Source: Candidatus Doudnabacteria bacterium
GTDB taxonomy: Bacteria > Patescibacteriota > Doudnabacteria > UBA920
Direction of reading: 5' to 3'
Length of the DNA: 38,486 nt
Assembly (NCBI GenBank): GCA_023245955.1
Contig: JAHFJI010000003.1
Location: 1 to 38,486 of the forward strand
Shown here: positions 7,349-14,813 of the stretch, piece after piece
Layout: every line of letters begins with the position of its first letter
Numbering within the stretch: position 1 is the first letter of the stretch
Translations under genes and position numbers: made by a program
The notes under the pieces: generated by a model
What the model was told of the DNA's origin: nothing
The model's database searches: none
Seen by the model: only the letters and a program-made list of their open reading frames with translations

Positions 7349-8997
7349 ACCTGACAATCGAAAAACCAATTAAGTTGATTGCTACCTACGCTCGTGTATC
7401 TGATAACCCTGATGAAGAAGAAGGAAGTATAAAAAATCAGGCAATGACTTTTAACGAACTTGCCGAAAAAAATAACTGGCAGATAGTCGAAGAGTATAAA
7501 GACGACGATTGGAGCGGCGATTTTTTAGAGCGACCTGCGCTTGATAAACTGCGCCTTGATGCAAAGAATAAAAACAAGGTTTGGGAAGCCGTGCTTATTT
7601 ATGACCCCGACCGATTAGCTCGCCGTTATTCCTACCAAGAACTTGTAATGGATGAATTAAAAGAAGCAGGGGTGGAAGTTATATTTGTAACTGTTCAAGC
7701 TCCAAAAAACCAGGAAGATAAAATTTTGCATGGAGTTAGAGGGTTGTTTGCCGAATATGAAAGAGCCAAAATAGCTGAAAGATTTAGACTTGGTAAACTT
7801 CGCAAAGTCAGAGAAGGTCATATTCTAACAACTAAACCTTTGTATGGTTATAATTACATTCGCAACAACAAAGAAACCAAGCAACACGGATATTATGTTA
7901 TTGAACCAGGTGAGGCCAAAGTTGTTAAAATGATATTTTCTTGGGTAGCTAATGACGGCCTGACATTGAGAACGATTGTAAAGAAACTTCAACTTCTCGG
8001 CATTAAGCCACGCAACAGCAAGCGAGGTGTATGGAATACAAGCACACTTAGCACAATGTTACGACATAGAGGATACATAGGTGAAGCGCACTATGGAGCT
8101 TCTTATGCAGTCGTTCCTGAAAATCCACTCAAAAATGAAAAGTATAAAAAATTAAAAAAGACCAGTCGCAGATTAAGACCAAAAGAAGAATGGATAATAG
8201 TTCCCATTCCCCCACTCATCCAACCAGATATGTTTGAACAAGCTGGTAATAGATTAAAAGAAAATTTTGCTTTGTGCCAGAGAAACAGAAAAAACGAATA
8301 CTTACTTGCCAACAAAATATATTGTGCCTGTGGCAAGCATAGACACGGAGAAGGATATTATAATAAACCCAATCGGTATTACCGTTGTGATGACAGAGTG
8401 TTAAATTTTCCACTTCCTGCTCAATGTAAAGAAAAAGGTGTTAATGCTGTTTTGGCCGATAAACTTGTTTGGAACAAAATTTCAGGCTTAATGAGCTCAC
8501 CAGAATTGATGAAAGAACAAGTAAGTCGTTGGTTTAAGGGCAGACAAACAAAAGCTCAATCAGAACTAGTTGATACACAGGCTTTAGAAAAAGAGAAGCA
8601 AAAACTATCTGAACAAATGGAACGCTACAATAAGGGTTATGGGGCAGGCATATTCGACCTAGAGCAGTTAAGGGCATACATCTCTCCTCTTAGGCAAAGG
8701 ATGGCTCAAATCGATAACCAAATCGTAACTGCAAAAAATCATCTTAGCCAAACACAATTAGAAGAGCCCAATAAGCAACAAATGGAGAACTTCGCAGAGA
8801 AAGCAAAGAAGACCTTGCAGGGCTTGAAATTTGAAGCTAAAAGAGAGATAATAGTCAATACTGTCGAGAAAGTTATAGCTACTAAACAATTCTTAAAAGT
8901 AACGGGCTTCGTCCCAGTCACTAATCCAAATGTCCAGTTCATCTCACTCCATCGGAATTGTGGGGTTGCCGAATGTTGGCAAGTCTACCCTCTTTAA
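7345..8997 (+). CDS. Large serine recombinase (integrase)
   Basis: YARVS catalytic Ser, RPALDKL, DRLAR, recombinase domain (YGY...YIG), Zn ribbon CACG...YYRC...C and coiled coil. Last 13 aa are read from ychF DNA in another frame. Confidence 0.96.
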   Translation: MNLTIEKPIKLIATYARVSDNPDEEEGSIKNQAMTFNELAEKNNWQIVEEYKDDDWSGDFLERPALDKLRLDAKNKNKVWEAVLIYDPDRLARRYSYQELVMDELKEAGVEVIFVTVQAPKNQEDKILHGVRGLFAEYERAKIAERFRLGKLRKVREGHILTTKPLYGYNYIRNNKETKQHGYYVIEPGEAKVVKMIFSWVANDGLTLRTIVKKLQLLGIKPRNSKRGVWNTSTLSTMLRHRGYIGEAHYGASYAVVPENPLKNEKYKKLKKTSRRLRPKEEWIIVPIPPLIQPDMFEQAGNRLKENFALCQRNRKNEYLLANKIYCACGKHRHGEGYYNKPNRYYRCDDRVLNFPLPAQCKEKGVNAVLADKLVWNKISGLMSSPELMKEQVSRWFKGRQTKAQSELVDTQALEKEKQKLSEQMERYNKGYGAGIFDLEQLRAYISPLRQRMAQIDNQIVTAKNHLSQTQLEEPNKQQMENFAEKAKKTLQGLKFEAKREIIVNTVEKVIATKQFLKVTGFVPVTNPNVQFISLHRNCGVAECWQVYPL

Positions 8998-10012
8998 CGC
9001 CATTACTAAGAGTAAGGTTGAAGCTGCCAACTACCCTTTTGCGACCATAGACCCAAATGTGGGCGTGGTTAGCGTACCCGACGAACGGTTAGCAAAACTG
9101 GCCGAGCTAGAAAAAAGTGAAAAAATAGTCCCTACAACAATTGAGTTTGTAGACATTGCAGGCCTTGTTAGTGGTGCCCACAAAGGCGAAGGTCTGGGCA
9201 ACCAGTTCCTCTCTCACATTCGCGAAGTAGACGCTATTATGGAAGTGGTACGAGTGTTTGAGAACGATGACATTATCCATGTATCGGGTAAGGTAGACCC
9301 GGTAAGTGATATGGAAACCATAGCCATAGAACTGCAACTCGCCGATCTACAAACCGTAGACAAGAGGCTGGAGTCCGTAGCCAAACAAGCAAAAACCGGT
9401 GACAGAGAGTTTATAGTGAAAAAACAAGTCTTGGAAAAGTACAAAGCTGCACTAGAAACCGGACAAATGGCCAACACAGTTGTGCTTACAGAAGAAGAAA
9501 AAGCTAATAGCAAAGACACCCAGCTACTCACAAATAAACCCTTCCTCTACATCGCCAACTCAGAGTTTGATATGTCACATAAGACCTATACGTCATATAC
9601 GACCAATAGGAAGGATATGATTCCAGTGGATGCAAAGCTTGAGAGCGAACTCTCAGAGCTAACAGACGAAGAACGTGCAGAGTACCTCTCTGAGCTCGGC
9701 CTACCCGAAAGCGGACTAGATAAAATTATCAAAGAAGCCTACAAAACTCTGGGCCTTATCACTTTCATTACCGCCGGACCTAAAGAAAGTAAAGCCTGGA
9801 CTTGCATCAATGGCTCCAAAGCACCTCAGGCCGCAGGCAAGATACACACCGACTTTGAAAAAGGGTTCATCCGCGCGGAAGTTATCCAGTGGGACAAACT
9901 CCTAGAAGCCAACGGGTATGTAGGTGCAAAAGAGCGAGGCTGGCTTCGCGTAGAAGGCAAAGAGTATATCGTCCAAGACGGCGACGTGGTGCATTTTCGG
10001 TTTAATGTATAG
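8930..10012 (+). CDS. ychF: Redox-regulated ATPase YchF (Obg family)
   Basis: GIVGLPNVGKSTLFN, ANYPFATIDPN, DIAGLV, GEGLGNQFL, TGS domain AAGKIHTDFEKGFIRAE. Confidence 0.98.
   Translation: MSSSSHSIGIVGLPNVGKSTLFNAITKSKVEAANYPFATIDPNVGVVSVPDERLAKLAELEKSEKIVPTTIEFVDIAGLVSGAHKGEGLGNQFLSHIREVDAIMEVVRVFENDDIIHVSGKVDPVSDMETIAIELQLADLQTVDKRLESVAKQAKTGDREFIVKKQVLEKYKAALETGQMANTVVLTEEEKANSKDTQLLTNKPFLYIANSEFDMSHKTYTSYTTNRKDMIPVDAKLESELSELTDEERAEYLSELGLPESGLDKIIKEAYKTLGLITFITAGPKESKAWTCINGSKAPQAAGKIHTDFEKGFIRAEVIQWDKLLEANGYVGAKERGWLRVEGKEYIVQDGDVVHFRFNV
9570..9619 (+). repeat. 9-bp periodic repeat inside the ychF coding sequence
   Basis: atatgtcac/ataagacct/atacgtcat/atacgacca/ataggaagg/atatg; related array on the minus strand at 14760-14800. 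Confidence 0.6.
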
Positions 10013-10023
10013 CAACTTACAGA

Positions 10024-10563
10024 ATGGAACCGAAGCTTGAAGCTATCCAAAAACTAATATCACACGTGCATAATAACAATTATGCGGGTTTTCTTGTCTC
10101 CGGCCATACCAATACTGTTACAGAATCCCTACTGCAAGATAACTGGAAAATACAATACCCAAGCGAAACCATGCCTCCCGTTTTTTCTTTCGACGGGGAG
10201 GCCAACACGATACTCTACAAAAAAGATATGAGCGAAGAAACGCGAGTCAAAGAGGCGCAAAGCATAATAACCCGGTCGTTTCCTAATCTTAATGCACATA
10301 AAGATGACAAGCTGTGCTACGTGGACGAGACTATTAACAGCGGATACAAATACGAACGCCTGAAAGATATTTTTAAAAAACTTGGTTTCAATCACGTAGA
10401 CTTTGCCTTCTTTGCCGGCATGGAAAATCATGAATATGACAACGAAGTCTTTATAGGTGTCAAAGACGATGAGCTTACCGGAAGATTTGTCATTGAGTCT
10501 CTAGCAATACACGGATACGAATCAGACGTAAATAAAGTCCTGCCCAAAAACGCACTACGGTAA
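10024..10563 (+). CDS. Hypothetical protein, phosphoribosyltransferase-like
   Basis: LCYVDETINSG resembles the PRPP-binding loop (hhhhDDhhxSG). Confidence 0.5.
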   Translation: MEPKLEAIQKLISHVHNNNYAGFLVSGHTNTVTESLLQDNWKIQYPSETMPPVFSFDGEANTILYKKDMSEETRVKEAQSIITRSFPNLNAHKDDKLCYVDETINSGYKYERLKDIFKKLGFNHVDFAFFAGMENHEYDNEVFIGVKDDELTGRFVIESLAIHGYESDVNKVLPKNALR

Positions 10564-10731
10564 GAGGAACTACCGAATATTTAACTATTGACATAGTGTG
10601 TTTTCGGCTTAATGTATAAGATGGCTAGCAAAATCTTCATACACATATTTAAAAAATTCTCGATTTTTAAGCGAGGACTTTTTACTTTCACAAACGCGGT
10701 AACATCTGCAGCAAACAAAAGCACTGACGAG

Positions 10732-10974
10732 TTAGGGGTCGTCAGTGCGAAAGATGCACGCCACTAGCCAATAGCCAAAAGTGGCACCGCCCAGTATTGT
10801 TCTAGCTTCATCGAAATCAAGAAGCCAAGAAACATAACCAACTAGGCCGCCCACCAAAAGGCTACAAGCAATCCTTTGAGCCATTCCGGGAGGAAGGCCG
10901 ACAAGAAACGTCTGTACCCCAGCAATGGTTGCACCAACCAACAAAGTTAGCAGAAATATATAGTCTTCTCCCAA
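10732..10974 (-). CDS. Small membrane protein (about 3 TM)
   Basis: Hydrophobic ORF with TTG start preceded by a strong GAGGAGG SD. Confidence 0.5.
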   Translation of the reverse strand: MGEDYIFLLTLLVGATIAGVQTFLVGLPPGMAQRIACSLLVGGLVGYVSWLLDFDEARTILGGATFGYWLVACIFRTDDP

Positions 10975-10991
10975 AACCGCCCTCCTCTCGA

Positions 10992-11315
10992 TTATGGGAT
11001 AGTCGCGTCAGCTAGGGCGCGACTCCTCCAGCCAGATATAGCTGCGGCATCGCAGGCTTGGACTTGTAAAATCAGGCACTGGTGGGCTTCTCGGAAACCT
11101 GACTCTGCGCGGATGGCTTTGTCTCTCGCTCGAGCCGCACGCCCAACGTTAACGAGTAGACATACTTTCACAGGTGATACACCTATGAAAGCTGCTATGG
11201 TTTTAGCCGCCACATAAAGCCCGCCCGCCACGATACACAATCCAAGACAAATGGCTACTCCATAGCCAATTGTTCTACCAGAGAAATCGTCCAAATCATC
11301 TGGGTCGGTAATCAT
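10992..11315 (-). CDS. Small hypothetical membrane protein
   Basis: ATG preceded by AAGGAGG; one or two hydrophobic segments. Confidence 0.5.
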   Translation of the reverse strand: MITDPDDLDDFSGRTIGYGVAICLGLCIVAGGLYVAAKTIAAFIGVSPVKVCLLVNVGRAARARDKAIRAESGFREAHQCLILQVQACDAAAISGWRSRALADATIP

Positions 11316-11490
11316 AGAAAACCTCCTTGAAATTCAAGCTACCCCTATAGTAGTTGAATAGAGGTATGGTAAACGTTTGATTTATTTTTGCATAGTAAGC
11401 CCACTAGGCAAAATCAAAAAAACCTGGTAGAATAGTAGTAACTTGTTGTAAATAAGCGGTTTATGACAAACAACTACGTAATTAACTCTA

Positions 11491-11567
11491 TTTTCTGCTT
11501 TGAGAGTATAGGTACGCAATAGCTATCTAAGCCCAAAATAAGCAGAAATGAAAGGAAATCTTTCATG
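11491..11567 (+). promoter_or_regulatory. Putative rpsF leader structure (S6:S18-type autoregulatory RNA candidate)
   Basis: tttctgctt/aagcagaaa stem enclosing an inner stem and CCC; atgaaag/ctttcat hairpin covers the RBS and start. Confidence 0.4.
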
Positions 11568-12083
11568 CCACGATACGAGCTGTGCTACATTCTGGCTGCG
11601 CAAGTGAGCGACGACCAGGTGCCAACTGTGACCAAACAAATTAAGCAATTTGTTGCTGACTTTGGCGGTACCGAGATACAAGAAGAGCAATTAGGTAAGA
11701 AAAAGCTTAGCTACCCTATTAAGAAAACCAGAAATGGTTTTTATGTAGTGGTAGAGTTTACTATGGACAGCAGAAAAGTAAACGAACTAGAAGCCAAAAT
11801 TCGCACCCAAACTGCCACCATTATTCGCCACTTGGTTATAAACATAGACGAGCATGCCCGCAGAAGTGCTATAGACAAAGTGGTACAAAGCACGCTTTCC
11901 AAAAACCCGGAAGAGGAAGAAGAACAGGCTCCTGCAAAAAAAGCTCCTACTCCAAGACCTGCCCCTAAAGCAGAAAAAGTAGAAGCTGAGCCAACTACTC
12001 CAAAAGCTGAGCCAGTAGAAATTTCCTCAGAAGAACTAGACAAAGAAATAGAAGCAGCCTTGTCTGAAGATATTATAAAATAA
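11565..12083 (+). CDS. rpsF: 30S ribosomal protein S6 with long acidic/Pro-rich tail
   Basis: MPRYEL...LGKKKLSYPIKK...GFY...IIRHLV; first gene of rpsF-ssb-rpsR. Confidence 0.96.
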   Translation: MPRYELCYILAAQVSDDQVPTVTKQIKQFVADFGGTEIQEEQLGKKKLSYPIKKTRNGFYVVVEFTMDSRKVNELEAKIRTQTATIIRHLVINIDEHARRSAIDKVVQSTLSKNPEEEEEQAPAKKAPTPRPAPKAEKVEAEPTTPKAEPVEISSEELDKEIEAALSEDIIK

Positions 12084-12088
12084 TTAAA

Positions 12089-12184
12089 CCGATCCGAAAC
12101 AACGAATGCATCCGTATCAACGAATTTTAAAGAATGCGAATTCGTAGATATTCGTAGATTCGTTCATTCGTAGATTCGCATCGG
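12089..12184. repeat. ACGAA(T)/(A)TTCGT multi-unit inverted repeat
   Basis: Left arm has cgaa units, right arm has attcgt units; closed by ccgatccgaa/ttcgcatcgg. Confidence 0.7.
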
Positions 12185-12198
12185 ACACATTCGTAATT

Positions 12199-12681
12199 AT
12201 GGATTTAAACAAAGTCATGCTTATAGGTCGTCTGACGCGCGACCCAGAAATGCGCACCACTCCTAGTGGGGTAAATGTGTGTCAGCTCAGTATTGCCACC
12301 GGCTACGCTTATACCAACCAGGCCACTGGCCAAAAGGTAGAGCAAACCGAGTTCCACAATGTAGTCTTGTGGAGAAAACTTGCCGACATAGCTGTGCAGT
12401 ACCTAAAAAAAGGTACCCAAGTTTACTTAGAAGGCAGGCTTCAAACCAAAACTTGGGATGGCACGGATGGTAAAAAGAATTACCGCACCGAAGTAATTGC
12501 CGACAATATGATAATGTTGGGTAGACCCACAGGCAACAACGGAAGCGCTACTCAAGGCACACAAGCTCAAACCCAAGATGCGGCTCCACAAAATACTCCA
12601 GCCGGTGAAGTTCTAACCAACGAAGAACTCCCGACCATCCAAATTGCAGATGACATTAAAGTAGAGGATATCCCCTTTTAA
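12199..12681 (+). CDS. ssb: Single-stranded DNA-binding protein
   Basis: LNKVMLIGRLTRDPE, YLKKGTQVYLEGRLQT, C-terminal DIPF. Confidence 0.98.
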   Translation: MDLNKVMLIGRLTRDPEMRTTPSGVNVCQLSIATGYAYTNQATGQKVEQTEFHNVVLWRKLADIAVQYLKKGTQVYLEGRLQTKTWDGTDGKKNYRTEVIADNMIMLGRPTGNNGSATQGTQAQTQDAAPQNTPAGEVLTNEELPTIQIADDIKVEDIPF

Positions 12682-12689
12682 TAATTATC

Positions 12690-12776
12690 CACGAATACAC
12701 AAATAGCACGAATAACACTAATCCATGACACCATAATGGAAAGATTCGTGAAATTAGTAAGATTCGTGCATCCGTG
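12690..12776. repeat. CACGAAT/ATTCGTG multi-unit inverted repeat
   Basis: cacgaat-cacaaat-cacgaat-cactaat ... attcgtg-attagta-attcgtg-atccgtg. Confidence 0.7.
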
Positions 12777-12782
12777 AATTAT

Positions 12783-13022
12783 ATGAGACCACAACAACGC
12801 GACAAAGACGCACCAGTAATAAAGAAAAACTGTTATTTTTGTACCAACAAAATAACTACCGTAGACTATAAAGACTCAGGACTCATTCGTCGCTTTATGT
12901 CTCCCCATGCTAAAATAATGAATCGTAAGAAAACAGGTAGCTGCCCTAAGCACCAGCGCATGATTACCACTGCCTTAAAGCGCGCCCGCCACATGGCTCT
13001 ATTGCCTTTCGTATCTGCTTAA
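12783..13022 (+). CDS. rpsR: 30S ribosomal protein S18 (Zn-binding C+ type)
   Basis: CYFC...VDYKD...KKTGSCPKHQR...ALKRARHMALLPF. Confidence 0.97.
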   Translation: MRPQQRDKDAPVIKKNCYFCTNKITTVDYKDSGLIRRFMSPHAKIMNRKKTGSCPKHQRMITTALKRARHMALLPFVSA

Positions 13023-13034
13023 ATAATAATTATC

Positions 13035-13126
13035 TCTACGAACTTACGAAATATACGAAACTACGAAAACAGCTAAGCGCTGCGCTCTAGATTTCGTAGT
13101 TTCGTAGCTGTTCGTACTTTCGTAGA
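13035..13126. repeat. TACGAA/TTCGTA multi-unit inverted repeat
   Basis: Four tacgaa units facing four ttcgta units around agcgc-t-gcgct; ends 4 nt before the efp ATG. Confidence 0.75.
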
Positions 13127-13130
13127 AATC

Positions 13131-13685
13131 ATGGATCTTAATGACATGAAAGTCGGTACCATTATCCTGTATAACGGCGAACCGTTTCAGGTAATCTGGT
13201 CCAATCGCATGCGCACAGCACAGCGCAAACCTGTAATGCAAACTAAGCTCCGCAACGTTATTACCGGCAAGGTAATGGAGTATAGTTTTAAATTTGGTGA
13301 ACGCATAGACGAAGCAGACGTGTCTCGGGAAAAAGCTAACTTTCTGTACACAGACGAATCCGGTACGCACTTCATGAGCAACGAGACCTTTGAGCCCATA
13401 GACTTCAACAAGGAAATTACCGCCGAGCAGGAACCGTTCCTGAAAGAGGGTATAGAAGTACTAGTCTTACGCTTTAACGGTAACCCGGTTTCTATTGAGC
13501 TACCCATAAAGGTAGAGTACAAAGTCGTGGATGCTCCCCCGGGCATACGTGGCGACTCCGGTGGTGGAGTAACCAAGAAAGTCACGCTGGACACTGGCTT
13601 AGTAGTAGACGCTCCCCTCTTCATAAAAGAAGGTGAAATAATTCGCGTAGACACCCGCACCGGCGAATACGTTGAACGCGCGTAG
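13131..13685 (+). CDS. efp: Translation elongation factor P
   Basis: TKLRNVITG, FLY.D...HFM..ETFE, PGIRGDS, LDTGLVVDAPLFIKEGEIIRVDTRTGEYVERA. Confidence 0.97.
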   Translation: MDLNDMKVGTIILYNGEPFQVIWSNRMRTAQRKPVMQTKLRNVITGKVMEYSFKFGERIDEADVSREKANFLYTDESGTHFMSNETFEPIDFNKEITAEQEPFLKEGIEVLVLRFNGNPVSIELPIKVEYKVVDAPPGIRGDSGGGVTKKVTLDTGLVVDAPLFIKEGEIIRVDTRTGEYVERA

Positions 13686-13724
13686 AGTAGCTTCTAAGTT
13701 ATAGGTTCTAGCTTCCAGAAATAC

Positions 13725-13750
13725 GAAGACTGCCAGATGGCAGTCTTTTT
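13725..13750. terminator. Terminator after efp
   Basis: aagactgcca-ga-tggcagtctt plus T tract. Confidence 0.7.
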
Positions 13751-14663
13751 ATTTCGCTTTATTCAAATAGTTGCTGACTGCTATGGCCGCTTTGGCGCCT
13801 TCGCCGGCGGCGATAATTATTTGCTCACCCCAAGCGTTATTTATGTCGCCGGCAGCAAATAATCCAGGCACGGAGCTTTGCAAGTTCTGGTCTACTTTTA
13901 CTTCTCCCATCTCGTTTTTATCTGTCAGCTTATCAAAACTATTAGACGGCATGTACCCAATCTCCACAAAAACCCCAGAAGCGTTTAAAAACTCTAACCC
14001 ACCATCTGCTTTTTGGATGCTCAGCCCTGTTACCTGCACATCCCCAACTACCCCAAGTGCCTTGGCCGAGTTATAAAAAGTAATGTTTGGCGTTGCCTCT
14101 ACTTTACGGCGGAACACGTCGTCGCCTCTTAAGTGCTCGTTTACGTTTACACTATAAATCCTGCGTGCAACTTTGGAGAGGGCCAAAAGGGCGTCCATGG
14201 CGCTATTACCCCCACCCACCACCACTACGTCTTTGTTTTTGTAGAGTGGAGCATCGCAAGTAGCACACACCGCCACTCCCCGACCAAAGAACTTATCTTC
14301 TCCCGGAATACCCAAATGCCTTGGCTCTTTACCAGAAGCAATTATTACTGATTTTGCATAGAGGGTTTGCCCATCTTTTACTTGCAGCTCAAAAGTGGTA
14401 ATGTTTCGCTCTATGTTTACTACCTCCACCCCCTCACGCACTTCCAGGTCTTCTGTTACGTGTTGTAAGTGCTCTTTAAATTTAAGAGTTAGCTCGGCCC
14501 CGCTAATCATGGAAAAGCCAGTGTAGTTTTCTACATCGTTACTCCAAACCATCTGTCCACCCATTTGCTTAGAAACTAGTAGAGTCTTAAGCTTTTTCCT
14601 AGCTGTATAAATAGCTGCTGTCATGCCAGCAGGCCCAGCGCCAATAATAATTACATCGTACAT
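13749..14663 (-). CDS. Thioredoxin reductase-family disulfide reductase (TrxB/AhpF C-terminal-like)
   Basis: GAGPAG, CATCD redox motif, GGGNSA, AAGD. Confidence 0.9.
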   Translation of the reverse strand: MYDVIIIGAGPAGMTAAIYTARKKLKTLLVSKQMGGQMVWSNDVENYTGFSMISGAELTLKFKEHLQHVTEDLEVREGVEVVNIERNITTFELQVKDGQTLYAKSVIIASGKEPRHLGIPGEDKFFGRGVAVCATCDAPLYKNKDVVVVGGGNSAMDALLALSKVARRIYSVNVNEHLRGDDVFRRKVEATPNITFYNSAKALGVVGDVQVTGLSIQKADGGLEFLNASGVFVEIGYMPSNSFDKLTDKNEMGEVKVDQNLQSSVPGLFAAGDINNAWGEQIIIAAGEGAKAAIAVSNYLNKAK

Positions 14664-14759
14664 AAGCGAAGCGTGGAATTAAGTAGATAAGAATTACGAA
14701 TTAAGTATTCAGAACTTAGACATTCTTATTCCTGACTCTATTGTAGCATGACGCGTTCA

Positions 14760-14800
14760 CATATTCTCCCTATTTGTCACATGAGTCCCATGTGTCCTAT
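14760..14800 (-). repeat. 9-bp periodic repeat, intergenic
   Basis: Minus strand reads ataggacac/atgggactc/atgtgacaa/atagggaga/atatg. Confidence 0.6.
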
Positions 14801-14813
14801 AATTCTTTTACCT

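Larger units (their letters stand above)
1565..8955. mobile_element. Integrative element / genomic island inserted in the ychF 5' end via a large serine recombinase
   Basis: Shared GG at 1565-1566 and 8954-8955. Rejoined element ends form an imperfect inverted repeat (16/26) centred on GG, and rejoined host ends restore ychF. Integrase and excisionase at the right end; visibly AT-richer than the flanks. Confidence 0.9.

Noticed and set aside
11850-12083. Long acidic/Pro-rich tail of S6 as a novel domain
   Set aside because: Low-complexity S6 tails are common, and no further signal was seen.
12089-13126. CRISPR array
   Set aside because: Units are 5-7 bp, inverted and degenerate, with no 25-45 bp repeat/unique spacer pattern and no cas genes.
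14748-14813. N-terminal extensions of rsmC (MTRSHILPICHMSPMCP) and of the ArsR ORF (37026-37115, HILQNVRM)
   Set aside because: They are translations of the 9-bp repeat and of the palindrome; downstream ATGs fit better.
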